This document shows, piece by piece, positions 15,874 through 28,167 of a stretch of 64,000 nucleotides of DNA. Numbering within the stretch: the stretch's first letter is position 1; every line of letters begins with the position of its first letter. This DNA comes from Eledone cirrhosa (lineage: Eukaryota), in assembly GCA_964016885.1 (NCBI GenBank), contig OZ024742.1:204848001-204912000 (forward strand), in the 5' to 3' direction. A program made the translations under genes and the position numbers. The notes beneath the pieces were generated by a model, which did not search any database, was not told where the DNA came from, and saw nothing but the letters and a program-made list of their open reading frames with translations.

Positions 15874-17520
15874 ATCATCATCATCATTTTTACATCCGTT
15901 CTTCCACGCTTGCATGGGCTGGATGTGTCTCAGCACGACATATGAGTATCAGGAGGTCAGCTCTCACAACCTCTACCCAGGTCTTTCTTGGTCTACCTCT
16001 ACTGCAACTTCCTTCCACTGAGATTTCCTGGCACTTCTTCACCCAAGGATGATTGTAGATGCATATCACATGTCCATACCACTGCAGTCTTCCCTGCACA
16101 GCACCTCGGATTCCTCTTAAACCCAGTTTCTCCCTCAGTTCATCCAAGATCTGCCTTTCTCATCTATTTAAATTGCACATCAAACGGAGTATGTGTACTT
16201 CATTTCTCTCCAGTCTGCGCATGTCTTCTGCAGTCACAGCCCATGTTTCACTACCATGTAGCGTCACACTTCACACAGACGTCATACAGTCGTCTTTTTG
16301 TAAATAGGGAGAAACCTTTAACAAAAGTCAACAGTGAGTGTAGCTCTCTAAACTTCTTCCAACCTATCCTTATTCTAGCTATTATGCTCTCAGAGCACTC
16401 TCCTCTGCTGCTGATTAAGTCACCTAGATAGCAGAAGCTGTCAACCACTTTTATAGACCCTTCCTGTGACTTGATGAGTTTTATATCACTGCCGCTCTTC
16501 TCTTTGATTACTCCTGTACATCTTCTACATACAAAATCTTCCTTTCCTGTTAGTCTACCTGTTATCCCACTACATCTCTTGTGTACCCAAGATTTACATT
16601 AGGTACACCGTATGGAGTTTATAACTACTCCTTTTTTACATAGAGCATGGCCACTTCTCTGAAAGGATCAGGGTCCTATCTTCTTCCCTACTCAATACCA
16701 CTTTAGTTTTGGCTAAGTTTACTCTCAGATGCTGTGTTTCCAAATTCCATTTCCATAGACAAAACTTATTTTCTAGTTCTTTTATGGATTTGGCTATAAG
16801 GACCAAATCATCTGCATAGAGAAGTTCCTATAGACTCCTCTGTTATGGCCTGGCAAACTATGATGAACACCAGTGGACTAATAACTGAACCCTGATGCTA
16901 AAGTGGCTTATTCTTGTCTAGGAACTTCTTTTGTAGTTGCCTCACTAAAAAGAGTGCATCAGTGGCACTTTTCCTAGGCATGAAACCAAACTGCATCTCA
17001 TCTAATTTGATTCTTCCCCTATTTAGTTACACTTTAACTCTTTCTATCACTTTCATAACTCGATCCATTAATTCTATTCCTCTCCTTTCTAGAATATCTC
17101 ATTTGCCCTTGTAGCAATTTATGATTTTACTCTTGCGCCAGTCCTTGAGTATGACTGTATTATCTGTATTGACTATGCGGGTTACTAGTTCAACTCCTAA
17201 TTCTGATGCTTTTAGCATCTCAGCAACTATCTCTGATGATCCTAGAGCTTTACCATTCTTCATCTCTTTGATTGCTTCTTTGACCCTATAACTGTCAACT
17301 TCAATAGTTGGTCCTTCTGTTGTGTAAGTTTGGGGTAGTTTTTCTTCCTCCCATTCATTCTCTACATTCACCAAACTCTCATAGTAACATTTTCAGGCCT
17401 CTTTTTTTTCGGCATCAGTGCTGCTAAGTGCACCAGTGTCATTTCTAACACATTTTTCCCCCAACAGCATCTCAATTTGCCTTGCAATTCGGAACACTTC
17501 ACATCTCAAGCCTTTATCGT
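15874..17520 (-). mobile_element. Old degenerate RTE LINE (same group, PHD remnant), (GAT)n tail
   Basis: Fragmented ORFs: EMLKAS, INCYKGK, VDSFCYLGD, GRPRKTW; (CAT)n at 15874. Confidence 0.88.
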
Positions 17521-17664
17521 GAAAATATAATAGTATATATTGAGTAATGTAAATGGTAAAGGGTTAATGTATTTGTGTACCAGAAATATAAATTTAACTA
17601 ATTGGAGATTTCATTTGTTTAAAACATGTCTTTATTTATGTTATTATATCTGTATTTTGCTCAG

Positions 17665-17868
17665 GTATCAATCAAGCCAGCTGAAGTGATGCAGTCCATT
17701 AGAAAGTTAGCAACCTCCACTTTGGTCTGGAATCAACTGCAATGCAAGCTGCAGAACTCTATTGCAACAGCAGCTGTTGCTAGCGTCAGTCGAAAGTATG
17801 TCACATTAGCTCAGCAGTTCTTAGAGGCCAACCAGAAGAAACAATTCCGCACACAGATTCAAGACCCT
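17665..17868 (+). CDS. DAP3: Exon encoding a mitochondrial-targeting-like N-terminus; probably DAP3/MRPS29 (ATG at 17689)
   Basis: Acceptor ttttgctcag|G and donor CCT|GTAAGT. 60 codons MQSIRKLATSTLV...KKQFRTQIQDP, basic/hydroxylated and acid-poor. FRTxxxDP resembles the DAP3 RTNENDP segment (from recall, not searched). Confidence 0.55.
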
Positions 17869-18619
17869 GTAAGTTAATATTTCTTATAATAGGTTGGGGT
17901 GGGGGTATAATGAGGTTGGGTGTAGAATTGTATATTAGGAGGGGTGGCAGAGAGAGAGAAGAGAACTTCACTAGATTATTTCATGGCATCTAATTTTCAT
18001 TGCTTTACATTTTTTACTTCAAAAATTCTTGCTTGGGTCAACTTTACACCAAAATGAGGTCAATGAAATAAGTACCAGTAATATGTTATGACCTCATCAA
18101 TTGACCAAAATCCAATTGCAACCCAATTTCTTCTTCTGTGGCTTTTTTTTTAACATTTTGTAATTATTTTGACTCTAAATGTGTGAAATATTTTGTGTTC
18201 AGAACAACAGTTCCCACACTACACCAAATATTCAATGCTATCATGTTTTCTCTTTTTTTTTTCCTTCTCTTTTACTCTCTTTCTTTCTCTCTCTCTGTCT
18301 TTCTCAGTCACTCCCTCACTCACTATGCCTTATCTCTCTCTCTATCTTTCTGTCTTTCTCACCTACTATACCTTATCACACTCTCTCTCTCTTTCTTTCC
18401 TTCTCTCTCCTTCCTTCACTCATTATGCCTTATCTCTCCTTCTCTCTGTCCTTCCTTCACTCACTTTACCTTATCCCTCTCTTTCACTTGTTGTGGTGGT
18501 GGTAGTGAAGGTGGCAGCAGTGGTTCTTGTTGTTTCTGTTACCTAGGAACTCCACTTAGTACTGGGCAAAACTGTTGTAAAACTATAGGAACTGTTGGTG
18601 TCTCTGTTGGTGATAAAGA

Positions 18620-18930
18620 CATCATCTCATCATGTAGTGTGATAGATGTGTGGTGCTACATGTTAACACGATATGGGGGGGTATGGTAGATGGAGAGAAA
18701 TGTAGTGTAATACATGTTGTTTCTATAAGATGTGTGATGCTACATGTTAGCAAGACATGGAGGTTTTGTTGTAAATGAAGAGGAATGTAGTGGGATACAT
18801 GTCAGTTCTATAAAATGTGAGAAGCTACATGTTAACATGGCGGGTTTGTGGTAGATCTGTGAAGGATGGAGAGGAATGTGGTTAGATACATGTTGGTTGT
18901 GTAAGATGTGTGATGCTACATGGATGTTAC
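18620..18930. repeat. Degenerate tandem repeat
   Basis: Recurrent agatgtgtgatgctacatgtt...gaggaatgtagt units. Confidence 0.6.
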
Positions 18931-18999
18931 ATCTTACACGTATGTAGGTTTAACTGGCCAACAATCGAATACCCTAACCACTAGACCACACCACACCGG

Positions 19000-20530
19000 T
19001 CATACCTTCAGCCACTGGGGTCCAACAGGGCGACCTTTTAGGCTCCCTCCTGTTTGCCGTTGGTATAGACTACATTGCCCAGAGTATCACGGCTCCTCTC
19101 AACGTTTGGTACCTGAATGATGCTATGCTGGGCAGGCCGTGGAGACTGCCTGCCATGACCTACAATTGGTGGTTCCTACCCTGGCGGGAATCAGCCTCCA
19201 GGTCAACTCGTCCAAGTCGGAGGTGGTGAATGTCAGCCACGATGCTGAGAGCTTTGCACCCTCCGTCTCGGACGTGCGCTCCATTCTCCACCAGGTACAG
19301 GTGACCCCCAAAAAGGATGTCCTCATCCTCGGGTCACCGATCCACCCGCCCCACCATCAGGTCCAGGCTCCAACAACTCCAGACCCTCAAGAGTTGACTG
19401 GGCTTGATCAACGGCCACCCAGCTCTCTTTCTGTTGAACTGCTTCTCCATGCCAAAACTCCTCTATAGCCTTCACAGTGCTCCGTGCTACACCTACACAT
19501 CTCTCCTCACTGACCTTGATACTTGTATCCGAACAGCAGCCGACGACATTAGATGGCAACAGGCCACTTTACCTGTCAGATATGGCGGCCTTGGCCTCCA
19601 GTCCCTGATCTCCCTGGCTTTGCCGGCGTTTCTTTTGTCGGTAACCTCATGCTGCGCTCTCGTCAGCAGGTTCTCCAAAACAATGGAACCCTTTCTGATC
19701 AGGGAACGTGTGATGTGGGACCGGCTGGGACTTAGCCCAGTAGACGTCCCTCCTTCTCCCGCTGCTGACGTCAAGTCCCCCCAAAACATTTGGGATGCCA
19801 TCCAGTGCAGCCTGGCCTCAGACAGGCTCACGCGCCAGCTTGACCAGCACTGTCTTGCCTGTTTTCGTGCAGCCTCCAAACCCACAGTGGTGCCTGGCTC
19901 CAGGCCTTGCCCTCCTTCTCCACTGGCACGCAGCTGGATAACGATAGCCTGCGCATCAGCGTTTCCTTGAGGCTTTGCCACACCAATGTCGCTGTGGATC
20001 CACCGTGGATTCTTTCGCTTTCCTTTTGCCACATTGCTGGCTGCCTTCCACGCCATGCTGCCCTCAACGAGGTCATAAAGCATGGCTTGGACGCTGCAGG
20101 CTTCCCTTCGCAGCTCGAAACGGTGGAGCTAGACCGAGGGGACGGCAAAAGGCCAGATGGTAAGACCATCTTCCCATTCTGCGGTGGCAAACCCCTAGTC
20201 TGGGATGCCATTTGCACCAACACTTTCTCTAACCTGGTGCAGTCTGCAACTAACCCGGGTTCTGCTGCACGTCGGGCTGAGGAGGCCAAACTCTCCAAAA
20301 ATCGGTCACTCTCCGACATGTTTGCGGTCGTACCCTTGGCAATGGAGACTTCTGGTGTCCTCGGCCCTAGGGCTACCTCCCTACTCACCACCATAGGTGC
20401 TGAGCTGGCAAGCCGCAGGTGTGAGCCTCGTGAGTTGGAATGGCTCTTCCAATACATCTCCCTTGCCATCCTCTGGGGAAACACCTTCTCCATTCTGTCC
20501 GCTGGGGCTGTGGGGAGGCCACCAATATGA
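19000..20530 (+). mobile_element. Degenerate CRE-clade non-LTR retrotransposon (RT plus C-terminal restriction-like endonuclease)
   Basis: GVQQGDLLG, WYLND, LGSPI, WQQATLPVRYGGLG, HxCxCG zinc knuckle, RHAALNEVI, DGKRPDG, LVWD, METSG; multiple frameshifts. Confidence 0.82.
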
Positions 20531-20797
20531 TTGACTGACTTGTCATTTTATCAGTCAACCTGCTAATTGTTTCAATATATCTATTTATGACAACAACCTC
20601 AGCAAGTGTGACTAGAAAAAACATCTAACACAACAACAAAAGTAACAACAGCAGATGGTTTGAGACTCTGCCAAAAGATGAAATAAAAAAGAAATCAAAC
20701 AAAAAAATACTAACAATTAGATCACACACCTTAACTATAGTCAACAGTCAAACCATCACTATGGTCAACAGTCAAATACACTAACCACCAGGCCACA

Positions 20798-21480
20798 CAT
20801 CATCAGCATCATCATCATCATCAACGTTTAACGTCCGTGTTCCACGCTTGCATGGGTTTGGACGGGGGTTTTCCCACTTGAGGCAAGAGTGATTGTCTTG
20901 CTCGCATAGGACTATCTGGCGGGTTTTCTACAGCTGGATGCCCTTCCTAACACCAACCACATTTACAGTGTGGGGCTGGGAGGTTTTTACCGTGTTGCCT
21001 ACACGGCCACATTACAGCGTGGACTGTCTGGCAGGTTTTCTACAGCTGGATGCCCTTCCTAACACCAACCACATTTACAGTGTGGGGCTGGGAGGTTTTT
21101 ACCGTGTTGCCTACACAGCCACATTACAGCGTGGACTGTGTCTACATGATCTCATTTGTTTCGGCCTGGATGTTGTGGCACCAACATAACTTTACATTGA
21201 AGGGGCGGTGTGGATGGGGTGGGGGTGGTGGGACGGGGTGTATTTTGTTAGAGATGCCTACTGGCTGTAGTAGGTTTTACTTTGTATTTAGGTAAGGCGG
21301 GTCTTCTCTATTACTGAGTACCGCCAAAGGTCTCGGTCCAGTGACATTGTCTTGGAGAGGTGTAAGTGTGTGAGGTCAGAATTTATCAGCTCGTCCCAGG
21401 TTTTTCTGGGTCTGCCTACTCCGTAGCTACCGTCTATCTTTATTGCCCTGCACTTTGATATACAGCTGTCGTCTTTCATA
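20798..21480 (-). mobile_element. Short 3' RTE copy with ~98-bp duplication in the 3'UTR
   Basis: ORF end KDDSC...VIEKTRLT, duplicated 3'UTR block, (CAT)n. Confidence 0.92.
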
Positions 21481-21787
21481 CTTACCTGATTTTAGATGTT
21501 AGGGAGACATGTGACATTGAATGTGGAAAATGAGCTGATGGGTGCAAGTGACAAGATTTCACTGGTGTAGGTGTGTGATGTAATTAGAGAATGGGTGAAC
21601 AGGATATTATTTCTTGTATAAAAGTTGACTATGATGTGTTTGATGTATAAAGTTACTGGCTGGGGCTTAAGTGAACTGATAGTGTAACTGGATATGAATG
21701 GTATCAGTTCATGTATGTGGAAAAGATGACTGCACACATATGGAAATATGATGTGTACTGGGTGAAAAAATGTATGATTTTTTTTAA

Positions 21788-22038
21788 CCTTTTCGTTACC
21801 ATATTTCTAATGAAAAACACTTCCCATGGTTTTCAAATAATTTTGAAAATAATCAAGGATTTTGAGTGATATTTTAATATAACTAAGCTCATTATGGTTA
21901 AGTTTGTGTTCATAAAATAACAAAGGTTCTTACTTAAAGTTATGATCTAAGGTTTGAATTTAAATTTACACACTTGAAAATAAACTGTTTTGTATCATAG
22001 AACCAGGCATGGTTTCAGGAAGTTTGGTATTATAAGGG
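21788..22038. mobile_element. piggyBac-like MITE with TTAA flanks
   Basis: TTAA-CCTTT...AAGGG-TTAA; related copy at 34956-35168 and partial inverted copy at ~40660-40899. Confidence 0.65.
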
Positions 22039-22426
22039 TTAAGAGAATGTAGGTGTGGCAGAGTAAGATAAAGGGAGGCTGGACCTCATAAGTGTGCTGT
22101 ACAATAGACCTATCAAACCTATGCTGCATGGGGAAACAAATATCAAAACATTGATGATGATGATGATAGAATGTGGGAATTCTTGTAAATACTAAGCGTT
22201 TTCTTGTGTGTCTTGTGTGTACTTTTGTATATATGTATGGTTTGGATTACTCAACAGAAAATGTGTGATCACTGGATGAAAGTCAGTGGGTTCTCACATA
22301 TGTCCAGGGGTAGGTCCACCTGGCTACCATACTACTGTGCATAGCACTATCATGGTTAGCATGTGTCCTGTTTACACAGGCTTAATCATTATTTCTGTCT
22401 TAATCATTATTTCTGTCTCATGTGTC

Positions 22427-22549
22427 TCTTTACGATCTGAGTTCAAATCCCGCCGAGGTTGACTTTGCCTTTCATCCTTACGGGGTCGATAAAATAAAGT
22501 ACCAGTAATGCACTGGGTAATTGCTGGCCTTGTGCCTAAAGTAGAAACA
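22427..22549 (+). mobile_element. 5'-truncated young CORE-type SINE with 21-bp TSD
   Basis: B-box-like gagttcaaatcc, core gactttgcctttcatcc...gtcgataaaataaagtaccag; TSD attatttctgtctcatgtgtc at 22406-22426 and 22550-22570. Confidence 0.85.
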
Positions 22550-22845
22550 ATTATTTCTGTCTCATGTGTCATGATTTTACTGGCTAGATGCCTTTCCTAT
22601 CACCAACCACTTTAGAGTAGACTCAGTGTGTTTTATCATGGAACCAGCACTAGCAAGGTTGTCTATTGTTACTGAAATGTCTTCTCTATACACCATCTTC
22701 ATCATTAGTTTTATGTTTGTTTGCTTTTTCTATACTGGTATGGGTTAGATAAGACATTTTGAGGTAGTGATCTATGGCTAGATGCTCTTCCTCACAGCAA
22801 CTCTTATTTATTACTAAGAACCTTTGTAAGGTACTTTCAGGGTTT

Positions 22846-25020
22846 TAATAATGAAATTATTGTGTAAAGTGCTCAGGTGCACTACAACTCGTCAGAGGTG
22901 CATGTATAGTACATAGAATAATATACAAATGTCAGGGAAGTGAATAGTGTATGAGTCATGATATACATGTGTGTATGTGTATGGAGGGGGAACATTAGGT
23001 GTAGTGTTGGCGAAACTCAGGAAGCATGGAGGTTTTAAAGGATGCAGTGTCTCGACAGCTAACAACTGATGCAGGTAGTTTGTTCCATGCTTCAGCAACT
23101 CTGAGCATGAAAAAATGTTTCCAAAAGTCCTGGGAACTGTGCTGTTTTCTGACTTTGTGGGCATGCCCACGTGTGTTAGACACATGGAAATCAAAAAGGT
23201 ACTCAGGGTTGTTGTTGGCAAGATGGTTAATAATTTTGTGGATGTTTGCCAAGCATCGGAGCTTCAATGTATCCATGCCCAGGGAAGCAAGGCGTTCAGA
23301 GTATGGTAGATGCATGATGGAGGGTATTCGCTTGGTTGCACGTCTCTGAACAGTTTCCAGGCGGTCAATGTTCTGAGCAAGATAGGGGTTCCAGACGGTG
23401 ATGCAAATTCTAAGTGTGGCCGCACCATAGCCATGTACAGCCTTAAATAGATAGCTAGAGAGCGGCTGACAAAGGTCTTATTGAGTGATGCTAAGACACC
23501 CTTGGCCCTCTTGACAATTTTAGAGACATGCTTCGTCCAACGCAAATCGCTGCTGACCGTAAAGCCCAGGTCACATTCACAAAAGACTTCTTGATATTAG
23601 TGCTGTGGAGGGAGTATGTGGACGCTGGGTTTTTACTCCCAAAATGCATGGTGGTTCACTTGTCCACAGCTAGCTTGAGTTGCCAGTCTGAGATCCATTG
23701 TTGCATTATGTCCAGGTCAGAGTGCAAGCAAGATCTTTCGTGTTCAGGATCTGTCCTTTTTATCTCAAGGTACAGCTTGATGTCATCTGCGTACTTTAGT
23801 ACCGTGGCATTCTTTAAGTTGGCATCTATGTCATTAATATATACCACAAACAAAAGGGGGGCCAAGAACAGATCCCTGTGGTACACCAGATGACATCTCA
23901 TATGGTGAGGAATGCTGTCCCAGAACCGTGACTACCTCTCTTCGACTGAGAATGAAGGACTTCAACCAGTTAAAAAGATCATCCTTCACACCCATTGCAG
24001 AGAGTTTTGCCATAAGCCTTTTGTGTGTCACAGAATTGAAAGCTTTCGCAAAGTCAAGGTAAACAACATCCACCCATGAGCCGCCATCAGTGATCCGGGT
24101 GATGTCTTCAAGAAACTCGATAAGTTGATCACAGCAGCTGGAGTTGGGGATAAATCCAAATTGCGAGGGCCGGATAAGACTGAGAGTTCCAGAAGTTCCA
24201 AAGTGTTTCTCTGACACAGGATTCCATCATTTTGGCAATGCAACTAGTAAGACTGACTGGACGATAGTTCACAGGTGATGTGTGGTCACCCTTTTTGAAC
24301 AGAGGAATGACACTGGCAGTTTTCCACTGTTCTGGAGTAGCACCGTTGTTCAGACAAAATTGGAAGAAGCGTGATAGCTGGTGCAGAAGGAAGTACCCAC
24401 CACATTTAAGAAGCAGGTACGTAACACCATCAAGACCAGGAGAGGCATGGTTGCGTTTATTTTTTTAGGTGACGTCGCAACATTGCAGGTGTAAATTCCA
24501 TGGTTGTAATAGAATCAGGTGTCATAGGTTGTGGGGACGGTACACTCTGGTCTTCAATAGTGAAAATGCCTGCATAGCTTTCAGCAATGAGCTCTGCGCA
24601 TTCCTTGGGGTCGTCAGTAACCTGGCTTGTGTGGGGATTGTGAAGAGGACCAACTGGAGAGTGAGGCTTCTGCTTTGAGTGAACATACTTCCAGAACACC
24701 TTTCTGTCAGGGCTGGTTGCTATGCGCTGCTCAAATTGAAGCACTGCCTTTTTTGTCACCTGTTTGAGGTGGTTGGATGATTTATTTCGCCTCTTCCTAT
24801 TGATGTCTGATTTGTGCAGTTTGTACTCACGTTCAGCATTGCGACGTTCTTTTCTGGCAAGACAGACTGCTGCAGTCTCCCAAATTGCACTTTTGGGATA
24901 TTTTTTCCGCTTACGTGGCACCGATGCTGCACATGCTGTCCATATTGAGCTCAGGATGTTCTGGGGTACAGTGTTGACATCTCCAGAGTCGTAGAACTCA
25001 AGCCAGTTTGGACGTTGCAA
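22846..25020 (-). mobile_element. Degenerate CR1-clade LINE
   Basis: FWKYV, QFGF, VYLDFAKAFNSV, GVPQGSVLGP, KYADD, VRPHLEFAS, RVAEAWNKLP; frameshifted. Confidence 0.9.
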
Positions 25021-25215
25021 CTCGGTGCAGTAACAGTTCCAGTCTGTTTTATTCCAGTCACTATATCACAAATCTAAACACATTGTTTATGCAGGACATA
25101 AGCAAATGTCACCAATTCTCTAAGCAGTATCAATATAACACACATAAAGTGTATGTGTGTGAAACCTGTTCTTCTAGTTCATCAGTGTTCACAGTAAGTA
25201 TCTAACTATTAAACA

Positions 25216-25262
<47 letters not shown>

Positions 25263-25569
25263 CCTTTCAACATTTTGGGGTTGATAGATATAGTGAAAGC
25301 CCTGGGGTGGTAGTTGATAAATATAGTGATGGCTCTGGGGTGGTAGTTGATATAGTGACAGCCCAGGGGTCATCATCATCATCATCATCATTTTACGTCT
25401 ACTTTTCCCTGCTTGCAAGGGTGGGACTGGAACTGATTGTGGCTTGATTTCTACAGCTGGATGCCCTTCCTAACATCAACCTCATTTACAGTGAGTGCTG
25501 GGTCCTTTTTTGCCGTGGCACCTACACGACCACTTTGCAGTGGAATGATAGGGACCTCAGTCCCTATCA

Positions 25570-25713
25570 TCTCATTTCTACAGCTGAGTAAACTGGAGCA
25601 ATGTGAAATAAAGTGTCTTGCTCAAGGAAACAACACATCACCCGGTTTGAGAATTGAATTTACAACCTTTCGATTGCAAGGCCAATGCTCTAACCACTAA
25701 GCCATGTGCCTCC
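25570..25713 (-). mobile_element. tRNA-derived SINE head plus core
   Basis: Reverse complement ggaggcacatggcttagtggttagagc (A box) ... ccttgagcaagacacttt. Confidence 0.75.
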
Positions 25714-26400
25714 AGGGGTGGTGGTTGATATATATAGTGACAGCCCTGGGGTGGTGGTTGATATAGTGACAGCCCAGGGGTGGTGGTTGATATATATAGT
25801 GACAGCCCTGAGGTGGTGGTTGATAAATATAGTGACAGTCCTGAGGTGGTTGATATATATAGTGACAGCCTTGGGGTGGTGGTTGATATATATAGTGACA
25901 GCCCTGGGATGGTAGTTGATAAATATAGTGACAGCCCTGGGGTGGTTGTTGATATAGTGACAGCCCTGGGGAGGTAGTTGATAAATATAGTGACAGTCCT
26001 GAGGTGGTACTTGATATATATAGTGACAGCCCAGGGGTGGTAGTTGATAAATATAGTGACAGCCCAAGAGTGGCAGTTGATATAGTGACAGCCCTGGGGT
26101 GGTGGTTGATATATATAGTGACAGCCCTGGGGTGGTTATTGATATATATATATAGTGACAGCTCTGGGGTGGTGGTTGATATAGTGACAGCCCTGGGTTG
26201 GTGGTTGATATATATAGTGACAGCTTTGGGGTGGGGTATATAGTGACAGCCCTGGGGTGGTGGTTGATATAGTGACAGCCCAGGTGAGATGGTTGATAAA
26301 GTGACAGCCCTGGGGAGGTAGTTGATAAATATAGTGATAGTCCTGAGGTGGTCTTAAAGTGACAGCCCTGGGGTGGTAGTTGATATATATAGTGACAGCC
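25714..26400. repeat. ~29-35-bp minisatellite (atatagtgacagccctggggtggtggttg); more units at 25285-25370
   Basis: About 20 tandem units read directly. Confidence 0.92.
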
Positions 26401-27997
26401 CGCTCCATTGTCTGGTGGGCTCTTAGAAAACTAGGTGTAGATGAATGGCTTGTGAGAGCTATACAAGCTATGTATAATGAAACAGTCAATAAGGTTAGAA
26501 TTAACAATGAATATTGTGAAGAATTTAGTGCAAAAGTTGTTCACCAAGGCTCTGTCCTTAGCCCCCTCCTATTTATTATTGCCCTTCAGGCTATAACAGA
26601 GGAGTTCAGGGAACGTCTATACGCAGATGATCTAACGCTCATAGCTGAATCAATGGTTGAACTAGAGAAGAAATTCCAAACATGGAAGCATGGCCTAGAA
26701 TCAAAAGGCCTTAAAGTTAACTTGTCCTAATTTGTAGAAAGAAAAATAAGGCACAGGTATCCTCAGGGAAATGGCCATGCTCAGTGTGTAGGAAAGTAGT
26801 AGGCAGAAATTCAATTTTATGTCCCAAATGCAAAGTATGGGTACATAAAAGGTGTAGTGGGATCACAGGTAAACTATCTAAGAACGTAGACTTTATATGT
26901 GGCCGATGCTCAGGTGCAATAAGTAGCAAGTGTCCACAGGATACTACTAGCTCCTTCTATTGCCCAGATGGTTCTATAGAAATAGTAGACACTTTCCGTT
27001 ACCTGGGTGGCGAAATCAGCAGTGGTGGAGGGTGTTCTGAAAGTACAGTAGCCAGAGTCAGAACGGGATGGAAAAAGTTCAGAGAGCTTATACCGCTGTT
27101 GGCCACAAAAGGTTTCTCTCTAAAAATGAAAGGCAGATTGTATGATGCCTGTATACGAACAGCAATGCTACATGGCAGTGAGACATAGGCATTACGTGCA
27201 GAGGACCTGCGCAGACTGGAAAGGAACGAAGCATGCATGCACCGTTGGATGTGTAATAGTAATATACATGAACGGCAAAGCATAAATGAACTAAGGGAGA
27301 AATTAGGAATAAGAGGGATCAGATGCTGTTTACTTGAGAGAAGACTATGTTGGTATGGCCACGTGATGCGCATGAAAGACGACAGCTGTATAAAAAAGTG
27401 CAGGGCGATGAAAATAGATGGTAGTTACGGAGTAGGTAAATCCAGAAAAACCTGGGACGATCTGATAAATTCCGACCTTAAACACTTGCACCTCTCTAAG
27501 ACAATGTCACTGAACCAAGATCTTTGGCGCTACGCAGTAATACAGAAGACCCGCCTTGCCTATGTACAAAGCGAAACCTACAGTCAGTAGGTACCTCTTA
27601 ACCAAATATACACCCCCATCCACTACCCCTACCCTATCCTCCCACTCCCACCAACACCACCCTCTCTCTGTAAAGTTGGTACCAAAACATCCAGTCCAAA
27701 TAAATGAGATAATGAGATCGAGATCGTGTAGGTGTCACGACAAAAAAAACAAAACAAAAAAAAAACACAGTCCACGCTGTAATGTGGCCGTGTAGGTAAC
27801 ACGGTAAAAAGTTCCTAGTTCCACACTGTAAATATGGTTGGTGTTAGGAAGGGCATCCAGCCATAGAAAACCTGCCACATAGTCCTATATGAGCGAGACA
27901 CAGTCACCCGACCAACCTTGCTTCAAGTGGGACAACTCCCGTCTAATCCATGCTAGCATGGAAGGTGGATGTCAAACGAAGATGATGATAATGATGA
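26398..27997 (+). mobile_element. Moderately diverged 5'-truncated RTE copy
   Basis: RT, PHD and C-terminus with small deletions and a stop; (GAT)n tail near 27980. Confidence 0.92.
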
Positions 27998-28167
27998 GGT
28001 GCCTAAAAGTTTCACCTTGTCATGCTGAATCTCCCTGAAAATTACATTAAGAGTACATGTGTTTCTTGAATGCTCAGCCAGTTGTTTGTTAACTATGTGA
28101 GCAGGCTGTTTCATTGATCAAAAAATTGGAACACTAGTTAAAACCCGTGGAGTTCCAACAACAGACT

